A DNA stretch of 64,000 bases from Spirochaetales bacterium (GTDB lineage: Bacteria > Spirochaetota > Spirochaetia > JABEVK01), in assembly GCA_027451945.1 (NCBI GenBank), contig DAIDHT010000034.1:812-64811 (forward strand). Direction: 5' to 3'. Under the pieces are notes generated by a model. It had not been told where the DNA came from. It saw nothing but the letters and a program-made list of their open reading frames with translations, and did no database searches. Position numbers and translations under genes: made by a program. This document shows, piece after piece, positions 36,843 to 45,265 of this stretch; position 1 is the stretch's first letter, and the number at the start of each line of letters is the position of its first letter.

Positions 36843-37549
36843 ATAACGGTTCCGAAAAACGGCTGATTGCGCAAAATCTTTCCTAGGTTCTTCAGGTCAC
36901 TTCCTGAGGCGACACAAACCCTCAAGCCCAGTTGCGCGGCTTGACGGGTGGCAATGGGGTCGAAGGGGGTGTTCTTACCAGGCACCCACTCGTCGCCGAC
37001 GATGGCACGGAATTCCTTCCAGGTGGCTTTTTCAAGTGGGCGGGCATCGGGGTTCTTTTTTGGATCATCGGTATACACTTGGGCAATATTCGACAGGTTA
37101 ACCACGGTGCCGGCTTGAAAACGTTCGGCAAGGACCACCGCGTCAAAGTCGGTCGAAAAACCGGGTTTCCACCCCGCCGCCACCAAAACACGACTTTTCC
37201 ACTCCAGCGGGGCCGTAGGGTCAGTCACGACGTCATTGGGGCAGTCCGAGCCAAAGGCGGCTTTAACGAGTTGCGCGTTGAGTCTGGTTGCCATGATACC
37301 GATCCAGTCCTGGGCCTCGGCCGCCGGGTGTTGTTCAAGGGCCTTTAAGGCGTCCTGGTACTGCCGTGCCGGAGCCCCTCCTCCCACAATTAGGACGATG
37401 CGTCGAGAGGGATCTTCGGACAACCACGTCCTAACCAAGTCACGGAATTGGCGGATAAACTCAACGGCTACCTGTGCCGGGGCTACGAGAGAGCCTCCGA
37501 GTGAAACAATCGTCGTGGAGGCGAAATTCAGGGGAGAAAGGGGATTCAT
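36833..37549 (-). CDS. Amino-acid-kinase-family protein resembling archaeal-type UMP kinase
   Basis: TTIVSLGGSLVAP at the N-terminus, the glycine motif RIVLIVGGGAPARQY, and VAAGWKPGFSTDFDAVVLAE follow the short (about 225-aa) archaeal PyrH pattern. They do not follow the bacterial KRVLLKLSGE type. Confidence 0.5.
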   Translation of the reverse strand: MNPLSPLNFASTTIVSLGGSLVAPAQVAVEFIRQFRDLVRTWLSEDPSRRIVLIVGGGAPARQYQDALKALEQHPAAEAQDWIGIMATRLNAQLVKAAFGSDCPNDVVTDPTAPLEWKSRVLVAAGWKPGFSTDFDAVVLAERFQAGTVVNLSNIAQVYTDDPKKNPDARPLEKATWKEFRAIVGDEWVPGKNTPFDPIATRQAAQLGLRVCVASGSDLKNLGKILRNQPFFGTVIQP

Positions 37550-37622
37550 GCGGGTCTCCTTCAGAAAAAATCGGCGTCTGGCAGTGTAGGCTGGCTTTTC
37601 AGGTCAAGTCAACGCCGCTATA

Positions 37623-40067
37623 ATGCCGCTCATGTTTCGATGGCCGTTCCGTTCCCGTAAAATCCCTACTGATCTCGATGCCTTTGTGGCTGAAAAATGG
37701 GAGGCTAGGTTCTCTCATCCCACCGAAGCCCGCTTTGTCCGTGAGGCTGGCTCGGGGTTCTCGGTTGACTTGGACCGGACGTCCCGAATGGAACTTGTCC
37801 GCCCCCGTTTATTTGCTTGGACGATCGATCCGTGGTATCGCTACCGTGATCTTGTCTTAGAAGCCGACTTTACGTTTGGCGCGGCTAATGGCGGTAGTGC
37901 CGTCGGTTTGGTGCTTCGCTATACGAATGACGAAAACTATGCCTACGTTTTGGTCTCGAATACAGGGCGAATCCGGTTTGACGTGGTGTTTAATGGGACG
38001 CCGATTCCTCTCATCCCCTGGACGAGCCTGGCACAGCCACCTGGGGCCTCCTTTAACCTTACGGCGATTGTGCACGGCCAGCACTTTTCGTTTTATGTCG
38101 ATAAAATCTGGGTCGCCGAGGTAGCAGATGATCATTTAGATTCAGGCAGGGTTGGGTGGGCCGGGCAAAATTACGGCGATCGATCGTTGGCCGAGTTTAC
38201 CCTGTCACGCTTTTGCCTAGAGTCCCGTCCGGTCGAAGTTGAAGCTCAGTACCTTCGTTGGACACGGTTGGTTTTGTCGGACCCGGCGCAACGTCGGGTT
38301 TTAGCGCAGTCCTTTTTTGGCTTTGGGCGCTTTATTGAAGCAGAAATCCAGATGCGCCGAGTTTTGATGGATCATCCCGCCACTCGCGATGACCTGTTCT
38401 TTTTAGCCCAATGCGTACTTCGGCAGAACAGAACAACAGAAGCTCTTAAACTTATCGAGGAGATTTTACTCAAAGAGCCAGGCTGGGAGCTGGCCTTGAA
38501 AGAAAAAGCGAATATCTTCTATTTGCAAAATCGCTACAGCGAGCTCAAGGATGCCCTGGGACCCCTCCTGAAACGCTTTCCTGACGACGATATGCTCTGG
38601 AATTTGCAGGGACATGCCCAAACTGGTTTGGGAAATTGGGTGGGCGCCCTTGAATCCTACCAGGCCGCCTGGAAAGAAAACCCTCGCATGCCGGTCTATG
38701 CGCTCAATGCCGGGTTAACTCTCGAAAGATTGAAGCGTCCGGATGAAGCAGGTCGTTATTATATTGAAGCAGGGACGGAGTGGTTTCGCCAAGAAGCCTG
38801 GTCCGAGGTAGATGATATTCTTGCTCGCCTTGAGTTTATTGCTTGTGATCAATCGTTGTCGGCGCAAACTCTGCGGGCCAAAGCTCTGTTTCAAAAGGGA
38901 GAAGTTCATCGCGCTCGACCCCTGCTTGAAGAAGCTCTGCGCCAAGGGTCAAAAGACAGCGCGGTGGCCTATTTGCTAGCGGTTGCTTCGCGGCAAGAGG
39001 GACGTCTGGAGGAAGCTTTGCGTTTGGCTTCCTTGGCTGCTACCTGGGAACCGGATTTTTATCTGTTTCACTTTAAATTGGCCGAATGGCTGAAAGAGTC
39101 CGGCGAGGACTTTGAACAGGAGTTGCAAAAGGCTCTTGCCTTAGCTCCGCAAGACCCTTGGGTTTTGAACCTTAGGGGGCTCACCGCCTCCTCCAATAAC
39201 GAAAAAACCTTTTATTTGGAAAAAGCGCACCTAGCACTTCTTCAAGAACCCACGATTGCCATCAACCTTTCGGAGCACTACCATAGTCTCGGTCGCCGCG
39301 ACGAAGCCTTTCGGATCCTCGAGGGTTGGGAGGATCGAGCCGATATAGCCAACCATCGGGGCAATCTTTTAATTAGGGAACGCCAATACGAACGTGCTGC
39401 CGACGAGTACGAAAAGGCCTTGGCTCGTGATCCGAAAAACCTCGACTACCTTCAAAATGCAGCCTCGTGCGCCCTTGAACTCGAACGATATATTCGTGCT
39501 GAAGAGCTGTTGTTAACCATTCTCGATTTGGCTCCGACGGCGCAGGCTTACGTGGCTCTGGGAAACCTCATGCGGGTGGAAGGAGACTTTGTCCGATCGG
39601 AAGTGGCCTTACGGACAGCTCTCGAAAAAGAGCCGGACAACTTTTCGGCCTTGATGGAATTAGGTTGGCTTTACCTGTCTCGGCAAAAGTTTTCGTTGGT
39701 GCAAGGAATTCTCACTCCGGTGATTCGGCGCACCTTGGATGAGTCTCAACAGCAAGCGCTCCAGGAGCTTCAGGCGGCCTACCGTCGTTTGGCGGGGGAG
39801 TGGCTTTCTTGCTCAGCTTGTGGACGAGAATGGTGGGTACCCCTTCAGTTGCCTCTGCAGTCATCGCTGAAAGTTCGGGGCGAAATTCCTGATGATGCGC
39901 CAGCTGGAGCCTCGGAAGCAACGGGAAAGATTTTCTGTGTCGGCTGTGCGCAGAAGCATATGCAAGGTGGTAGGTTTTTGTGCCCAGATTCTGGTCAGCC
40001 GCTGATTTTGAAGGATGACCGCCTAAAGTTCTTGCTCCGCCAAGCACTCGAAAAGCTTCAACCTTGA
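37623..40067 (+). CDS. Multidomain protein with an N-terminal ConA-like/DUF1080-like domain, about 12 TPR repeats, and a C-terminal Cys4 zinc-ribbon
   Basis: The N-terminal 210 aa show a beta-rich W/Y pattern. The centre has many A/L/Y/W helical 34-aa repeats. The C-terminus reads CSACGREWW...CVGCAQKHMQGGRFLCPDSG. Confidence 0.6.
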   Translation: MPLMFRWPFRSRKIPTDLDAFVAEKWEARFSHPTEARFVREAGSGFSVDLDRTSRMELVRPRLFAWTIDPWYRYRDLVLEADFTFGAANGGSAVGLVLRYTNDENYAYVLVSNTGRIRFDVVFNGTPIPLIPWTSLAQPPGASFNLTAIVHGQHFSFYVDKIWVAEVADDHLDSGRVGWAGQNYGDRSLAEFTLSRFCLESRPVEVEAQYLRWTRLVLSDPAQRRVLAQSFFGFGRFIEAEIQMRRVLMDHPATRDDLFFLAQCVLRQNRTTEALKLIEEILLKEPGWELALKEKANIFYLQNRYSELKDALGPLLKRFPDDDMLWNLQGHAQTGLGNWVGALESYQAAWKENPRMPVYALNAGLTLERLKRPDEAGRYYIEAGTEWFRQEAWSEVDDILARLEFIACDQSLSAQTLRAKALFQKGEVHRARPLLEEALRQGSKDSAVAYLLAVASRQEGRLEEALRLASLAATWEPDFYLFHFKLAEWLKESGEDFEQELQKALALAPQDPWVLNLRGLTASSNNEKTFYLEKAHLALLQEPTIAINLSEHYHSLGRRDEAFRILEGWEDRADIANHRGNLLIRERQYERAADEYEKALARDPKNLDYLQNAASCALELERYIRAEELLLTILDLAPTAQAYVALGNLMRVEGDFVRSEVALRTALEKEPDNFSALMELGWLYLSRQKFSLVQGILTPVIRRTLDESQQQALQELQAAYRRLAGEWLSCSACGREWWVPLQLPLQSSLKVRGEIPDDAPAGASEATGKIFCVGCAQKHMQGGRFLCPDSGQPLILKDDRLKFLLRQALEKLQP

Positions 40068-40113
40068 CGAACCTTTGTTTTTCCGTGAAGATGAGAGTCC
40101 AAGGTGGGTTGAC

Positions 40114-40800
40114 TTGAAGTTTCCTGTATGGCTTTTTGCCTTGTCCCTGGGCTTAGTGGGACTGACTACCCAAGTGCGAGCTCAGGACATTGTAACCGCA
40201 GTTCAGTTTTTCAATCAGGTGTCGGAACGTTATGGCGCGGTGAAAGATTATACGGCCAATATCGCAGTACAGCAGGGGCGCGAGCGTATGTCTGGGGTGA
40301 TATTCTACCGAACCCCCAATTTGATTCGGATTAATTTCTCTTACCCTGACCATATGGTTTTTGACTCCGACGGACACGTTTTGACGGTTTATTTGCCCCG
40401 TTACGCTGTAACCTTTACGCAGGCGTTAAAAAAACGAAGCGAGGCGGCTGTAGCCTCTATGGCCAGCCATCAAGGGCTCAACCTTTTACGACAAAGCTAT
40501 TCTATCGCCTACTTGAATGGCCCAGAGCCCGAAGCCCTCGATGAAAAAGATCCCGAAAAAGTAGTTAAGCTACGCTTGTCCTGGCGAGAGGGTACAGAGG
40601 CGTTCAAATACTTAGAAATCGACGTGGGCCAAAATGGGTTTATCCGTAGAATTTCGGGAATCACCGCCGCTTCGGTTTCTGTGCAGTTTGATTTTACCAA
40701 TATTCGCACAAATTTGGGGATTTCGCAAAATCAGTTTGCTTATGATAGTCCTCCGACGTCGAACGTCATCAATAACTTTCTCTTCGATCCGGAGAAATAA
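40114..40800 (+). CDS. LolA-like periplasmic protein
   Basis: I preferred the TTG start at 40114, which has an AAGGTGG ribosome-binding site 6 nt upstream and gives the signal peptide MKFPVWLFALSLGLVGLTTQVRAQD. The downstream beta-rich pattern resembles LolA/LppX-fold proteins. Confidence 0.4.
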   Translation: MKFPVWLFALSLGLVGLTTQVRAQDIVTAVQFFNQVSERYGAVKDYTANIAVQQGRERMSGVIFYRTPNLIRINFSYPDHMVFDSDGHVLTVYLPRYAVTFTQALKKRSEAAVASMASHQGLNLLRQSYSIAYLNGPEPEALDEKDPEKVVKLRLSWREGTEAFKYLEIDVGQNGFIRRISGITAASVSVQFDFTNIRTNLGISQNQFAYDSPPTSNVINNFLFDPEK

Positions 40801-40802
40801 CT

Positions 40803-41912
40803 ATGGAATCGATCGGACAGACCCTTCGCCAAACCCGTGAGAGCCGAGGCTGGACCCTTGATCAAGTGGCCCGTGAAACCAATATTTCCCGGCAATACCT
40901 GGAGGCCCTTGAAGAGGACCACTATGAGGCATTCCCTGCCGAGCCGTACATTCTGGGCTTTCTTCGAACGTACTGTGATCATCTGGGTCTGACTGCCGAA
41001 GAAATGATCAACCGCTACCGGACTCTTCGGATTCAGGAACAACCTGCTCCTCTCGAAGCTTTAATTAAGAAACCGACCGAGGTGCCCACAAAGCTGATTG
41101 TTACCATCATTAGCGTGGTCGTCGGGGTTGTGGTCTTAGCCCTTTTGATTCCCGCCGTGATTAGCCTAGGTCGTCAATTACCCCAGCTGATGGCCAAGAA
41201 AGCTTCCACGCCACCGCCTAAAACCTGGGAACTGACTGCGGATAAAAAATCTCTGGATGAGCGATTTTACCCTGGTGATACTTTGGTTTTGGATTATTCT
41301 GGCAAGACCTATAGCTTTCTTGTAAAAGATTTGGGGGCCCAGTTGGAACTCACCGAAAACGGCAAGGATTACAAACTTCGCCTGGGTGATACCCTTTTCT
41401 TAGACCTTGATAATAACGCTGTGCAAGACGTGCGCTTCTTTTTAAAGGATTTTACCCCTGGACAACCCTCGAAGGGGGCTGAACTGGATGTGGAACGCCT
41501 AGGCGCTGTAACCCCGCTGGCTTCGGGTACCGGCGATTTAGGAACCGAAAAGTTGCCTACTAGTGCCGCCGGATCAGCCGGTATGATTATCGAAAAGCCG
41601 ATCGTTCTTCAGCAAGGCGATACGCCAAAACCCTTTTCGGTGGATGTTCTATTCCAAGCACCGGCCTTGTTTCGCTACATCGTCGACGGGACTATGCGCC
41701 AAGAAAACTATTACAGCAAAGGGCAGACCATTCACATTGATGCCAACAAGACGGCAGAACTTTATGTCTCGAATGCGGGTGCTGTGACGGTTCAAGTCAA
41801 TTCCACCCCGCTAGATCTGGGAAGCCCCGGACAAGTAGCTACTAAACTGATTCAATGGGTTAAAGACCCTGCGTCGGGGTCGTTGCAACTGGTTGCCAAT
41901 CCGTTGTACTGA
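40803..41912 (+). CDS. RodZ-like protein with an XRE-type helix-turn-helix, one TM helix and a C-terminal DUF4115-like domain
   Basis: The helix-turn-helix is LRQTRESRGWTLDQVARETNISRQYLEALE. The TM helix is LIVTIISVVVGVVVLALLIPAVI. The architecture and length match RodZ. Confidence 0.55.
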   Translation: MESIGQTLRQTRESRGWTLDQVARETNISRQYLEALEEDHYEAFPAEPYILGFLRTYCDHLGLTAEEMINRYRTLRIQEQPAPLEALIKKPTEVPTKLIVTIISVVVGVVVLALLIPAVISLGRQLPQLMAKKASTPPPKTWELTADKKSLDERFYPGDTLVLDYSGKTYSFLVKDLGAQLELTENGKDYKLRLGDTLFLDLDNNAVQDVRFFLKDFTPGQPSKGAELDVERLGAVTPLASGTGDLGTEKLPTSAAGSAGMIIEKPIVLQQGDTPKPFSVDVLFQAPALFRYIVDGTMRQENYYSKGQTIHIDANKTAELYVSNAGAVTVQVNSTPLDLGSPGQVATKLIQWVKDPASGSLQLVANPLY

Positions 41913-41923
41913 CGGAGCCCTCT

Positions 41924-43999
41924 GTGGACGAGCTCCCTTCCTACGCTCAGACGCTCAATGAACGCCAACGCGAGGCGGTTCTGCACGGTAAAGCGCCTCT
42001 GCTGATTTTGGCGGGGGCAGGTTCAGGAAAAACGCGGGTGGTCACCACCCGAATCGCCTACCTCATCGATTGTCTTTCGTTTACTCCCGACCAGATTCTT
42101 GCGGTGACCTTCACGAATAAAGCTGCTCGCGAGATGCAAGAACGTGTTGATCACTTTCTCGAAGAAAGCGGCCGGGACGCAAGGTCAGCCGTCATGATCA
42201 AAACATTTCACAGCTTTTGTTCGTGGTTCTTGCGTCGAAATGCCTCTGCCGCCGGGTTGAGTCCCTACTTTGGTATCTACGATGATGATGACGCTTTAGC
42301 GCTCTTAAAGACGGTTGTTCCCGAACATCTGCCCGCCTCAGAGGTGAGAACTTTACAAAATGCGATTAGTCGCGCCAAAGACGACAACCTAACCCCGGAC
42401 GATGACTTAGGGGGCATTTCTGCGCACCCAGAGTTCCCCGAGGTTTTTCGCCGGTATGAGGAAAAGCTAACGGCCTCGGGGAACGTTGATTTTGGCGGGT
42501 TAATTCAAAAAACTCTGATGGTTTTGCATCGCGAACCAGCCATCACCTCCCGGCTCAGGCAAAAGTTTCAAGTTGTTCTTGTCGATGAATACCAGGACTG
42601 CAACGGCGCGCAATCGCTACTCTTGGAAGCCCTCTACGGTCCACAAACTTGGTTAGCAGTTGTAGGGGATGACGACCAGTCCATTTACCGCTTTCGGGGA
42701 GCTGATGTCAGTCATATCTTGAATTTTCCCCAAAAGTTTCCGGGTACGGTCATCGTCCGCCTTGAACAGAATTACCGGTCAACCGGCGCAATCCTTGAGG
42801 TAGCCTCGCAAGTTGTCGCCCGCAATCAAGGGCGGTTGGGTAAAACCCTGTGGACGAGCAATCCTGTGGGGCGCAAACCGCGCCTCGTTTTTCATAACGA
42901 CCAAGATGATGAAGCGGCCTGGGCTGTGGATCTTATTAAGCGAGCCCCTTTGACTGAAACTGCCATTCTGTACCGGACGAACGCCCAGTCCCGCGCCTTT
43001 GAGTCGGCCCTCGTTCGGGCAAAGTTGCCTTACCGTCTCGTAGGAACAGTTCGGTTTTATGAACGCGAAGAGATTAAGGACATTCTCGCCTGGTTGCGAC
43101 TTTTGACAAACCCACGCGATGAGGTTTCGTTCCAACGGATTGTGAATAAGCCTGCTAGGGGTTTGGGTAAGTCGGCTCTTGCTGCTGTCGAACGGCACCG
43201 AACTGGCGATTGGCTGGACGCTTGCGGGTTGGCGTTAGGTGAGCTTAAAGGCAAGGCCAAGGCAGGGCTGGGGCAGTTTCTTGAGCTTTATAGCCACCTG
43301 AATGGCGCGTTAAAGGATAGCCGAAATCTTTCGGTCTTAGTGCAACAAGTGATTGAAGATTCCGGTCTAGGGGAGCATCACCGTCAAAACGAAGATTTGG
43401 GCGAGGCCAAAGAGCAGAACTTGGACGAGCTGGTAAACGCGGCAGCGCCGTATCCGGGCACGATCGAGGGGCTGACCCAGTTTTTAGAAAATGTGGAGCT
43501 TGATGCCGCAGGGACTCTAGAAGATCAACCAGGGGTAACGACTCTTATAACGATGCATAATACCAAGGGCCTCGAGTTTGATCGAGTCCTTGTTACTGGG
43601 CTCGAAGATGGCCTTTTTCCTCGCGATACGTTTGACGCCCAAGAAATCGAAGAAGAACGCCGGTTGTTTTACGTCGCTGTTACCCGGGCGCGTCAGGAGC
43701 TTTTGTTCTCGACTTGCCGCTCGCGCCTTCAGCACGGCAAATATCAGGATCGTGCCCCGAGTCGTTTTTTAGCCGAGATTGATCCTGACTCGTTGGAGGT
43801 TGTTGGTGGTGGGGGCCGAGGCAGTGACCTCTGGGCGGTGGGTCAGCGAGTTTTTCATGACGATTTTGGTGTGGGCACCGTGGTAAAGAAGTGGTACAAT
43901 GGATCGGAGCTGGGTCTGGACGTACGGTTTGACTCAGGACGGATGGGGCGTTTTATGCCAGCCTATACTCCGTTAGAAAAGGTGGCGGCGGATGAGTGA
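41924..43999 (+). CDS. UvrD/PcrA-family ATP-dependent DNA helicase
   Basis: Walker A is AGAGSGKTRVVTTR. Motif II is VLVDEYQDCN. Motif Q-III is DDDQSIYRFRGA. Motif IV is YRST. There is a C-terminal Tudor-like tail (VGQRVFHDDFGVGTVV). Confidence 0.85.
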   Translation: MDELPSYAQTLNERQREAVLHGKAPLLILAGAGSGKTRVVTTRIAYLIDCLSFTPDQILAVTFTNKAAREMQERVDHFLEESGRDARSAVMIKTFHSFCSWFLRRNASAAGLSPYFGIYDDDDALALLKTVVPEHLPASEVRTLQNAISRAKDDNLTPDDDLGGISAHPEFPEVFRRYEEKLTASGNVDFGGLIQKTLMVLHREPAITSRLRQKFQVVLVDEYQDCNGAQSLLLEALYGPQTWLAVVGDDDQSIYRFRGADVSHILNFPQKFPGTVIVRLEQNYRSTGAILEVASQVVARNQGRLGKTLWTSNPVGRKPRLVFHNDQDDEAAWAVDLIKRAPLTETAILYRTNAQSRAFESALVRAKLPYRLVGTVRFYEREEIKDILAWLRLLTNPRDEVSFQRIVNKPARGLGKSALAAVERHRTGDWLDACGLALGELKGKAKAGLGQFLELYSHLNGALKDSRNLSVLVQQVIEDSGLGEHHRQNEDLGEAKEQNLDELVNAAAPYPGTIEGLTQFLENVELDAAGTLEDQPGVTTLITMHNTKGLEFDRVLVTGLEDGLFPRDTFDAQEIEEERRLFYVAVTRARQELLFSTCRSRLQHGKYQDRAPSRFLAEIDPDSLEVVGGGGRGSDLWAVGQRVFHDDFGVGTVVKKWYNGSELGLDVRFDSGRMGRFMPAYTPLEKVAADE

Positions 44000-44882
44000 A
44001 ACATGGGAAAGCGCTGATTGGCAACTGTTGGCCAACTTGCCAGCCGTACAGCGGGCCCGAGGCGACCGCCTATACCTGGGTAGAGACAAACACTGGGTAG
44101 ACCTTTGGAAAGAGAACGGTTTGTATTTCGAGGGGCGCCGCCCTGAAAAGCTCCTTTTAATCTGGAAGAATCAGCAGGCCAAGGGTCTTGGTGGCCTGTT
44201 CCCAACTACGCAAACGACACGCTTCTTGAAGGCTGTTAGGCGACACTGGCCGGCTGCTTTGCAGGTGTTGACCTTTCGGTCGCCCGAAAAGGCCTGGGCT
44301 GCGGCTTGCCAGCTGATCCCCGAAGGGAGTCGACCTGATTTTCGACGGCATTGGTCCGATGAGGCGAGTTCCCCAGCAATGACAAGTTTGAGAATCGCAC
44401 GACCCTGGGCAACCTCGTCTCAAGATGCTTGCCAAACGGCAAAGTTAGTTTTGCCGGTTTTGCCATGCGGTCCGCTTCAAGCCCGGATTCTTTTGATTGG
44501 GCAACTCTGGGAGGGGCCGCTACCTGAGCCAGAACGGTGGTCCGAGATGATCTCGGGTGCCGATGCGGCTGGCCTAGGCGAGGCCTTGAAAATCTGGGAA
44601 CACTCCCAAGAGCCTGACAAGCAAAGCGAGCGGCAGGCCTTCGGGCAAACCCTTGATGCTCTAAGTCAGGGCCTTTTTACACGCCGTGGGGCCTATTGGA
44701 CCCCTCAGTGTGACCCCAGCCGCTACGAGGCCCTCTTTCAGTGCTTTTTGAAACGCGGCTTTCTGTTGCCCCCGGATATGAGCCAGCCTGTAGTTTTACC
44801 GAGCTATCTTAGTGGTGGGGAATTGTCAGCCTTGCGAGGTGCTATCGAGGATTTTCTGCAGCAGGAAAAATCATGGGAGTAG
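43992..44882 (+). CDS. Hypothetical Trp-rich protein (296 aa)
   Basis: It overlaps the helicase stop by 8 nt, which suggests co-translation. I recognised no motifs. Confidence 0.4.
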   Translation: MSETWESADWQLLANLPAVQRARGDRLYLGRDKHWVDLWKENGLYFEGRRPEKLLLIWKNQQAKGLGGLFPTTQTTRFLKAVRRHWPAALQVLTFRSPEKAWAAACQLIPEGSRPDFRRHWSDEASSPAMTSLRIARPWATSSQDACQTAKLVLPVLPCGPLQARILLIGQLWEGPLPEPERWSEMISGADAAGLGEALKIWEHSQEPDKQSERQAFGQTLDALSQGLFTRRGAYWTPQCDPSRYEALFQCFLKRGFLLPPDMSQPVVLPSYLSGGELSALRGAIEDFLQQEKSWE

Positions 44883-45175
44883 CCTCGCCCGAGCTTATCT
44901 TAGGCGCCCAACTGGTGGTCAGCTTTTTTGCCGGCGTGGTTGGCGTAGCCTTGTGGGCCCATACCCGCGAACCCGCCTGGGTTTTTGTCGTTCTGGGGGT
45001 TTTGTTCGAATACATCAGCCTCATGCTTGATCTCTTAGACCGCCTCGGGGTAATTCAACTCAACGCCTGGTTGTGGCAAGGAATTCCCTGGCTACGTCTT
45101 GCCTTTGCCATTCTCCCCATGCTCTTAGTGGCGGTAGGTTTGATTTTTGCCTTACGGAGCTTTTTCAAACCCTAG
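44873..45175 (+). CDS. Small membrane protein (3 TM helices)
   Basis: It overlaps the previous ORF by 10 nt. Its hydrophobic segments are LVVSFFAGVVGVALWA, WVFVVLGVLFEYISL and AILPMLLVAVGLIFAL. Confidence 0.4.
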   Translation: MGVASPELILGAQLVVSFFAGVVGVALWAHTREPAWVFVVLGVLFEYISLMLDLLDRLGVIQLNAWLWQGIPWLRLAFAILPMLLVAVGLIFALRSFFKP

Positions 45176-45204
45176 TGGCGCACTGTAGTGGTACACTGTG
45201 GTCG

Positions 45205-45239
45205 CAAAAAAAGAGCCCGGGCTAACCGGGCTCTTTGTG
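45205..45239. terminator. Bidirectional hairpin terminator between convergent genes, with the strong side facing htpG
   Basis: The stem AGAGCCCGG (45212-20) pairs with CCGGGCTCT (45226-34) around a 5-nt loop. An A7 run lies upstream, giving a T-run on the minus strand. TTTGTG lies downstream on the plus strand. Confidence 0.55.
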
Positions 45240-45265
45240 CTTCATGATTGGGTCAGAAGCTTCGC

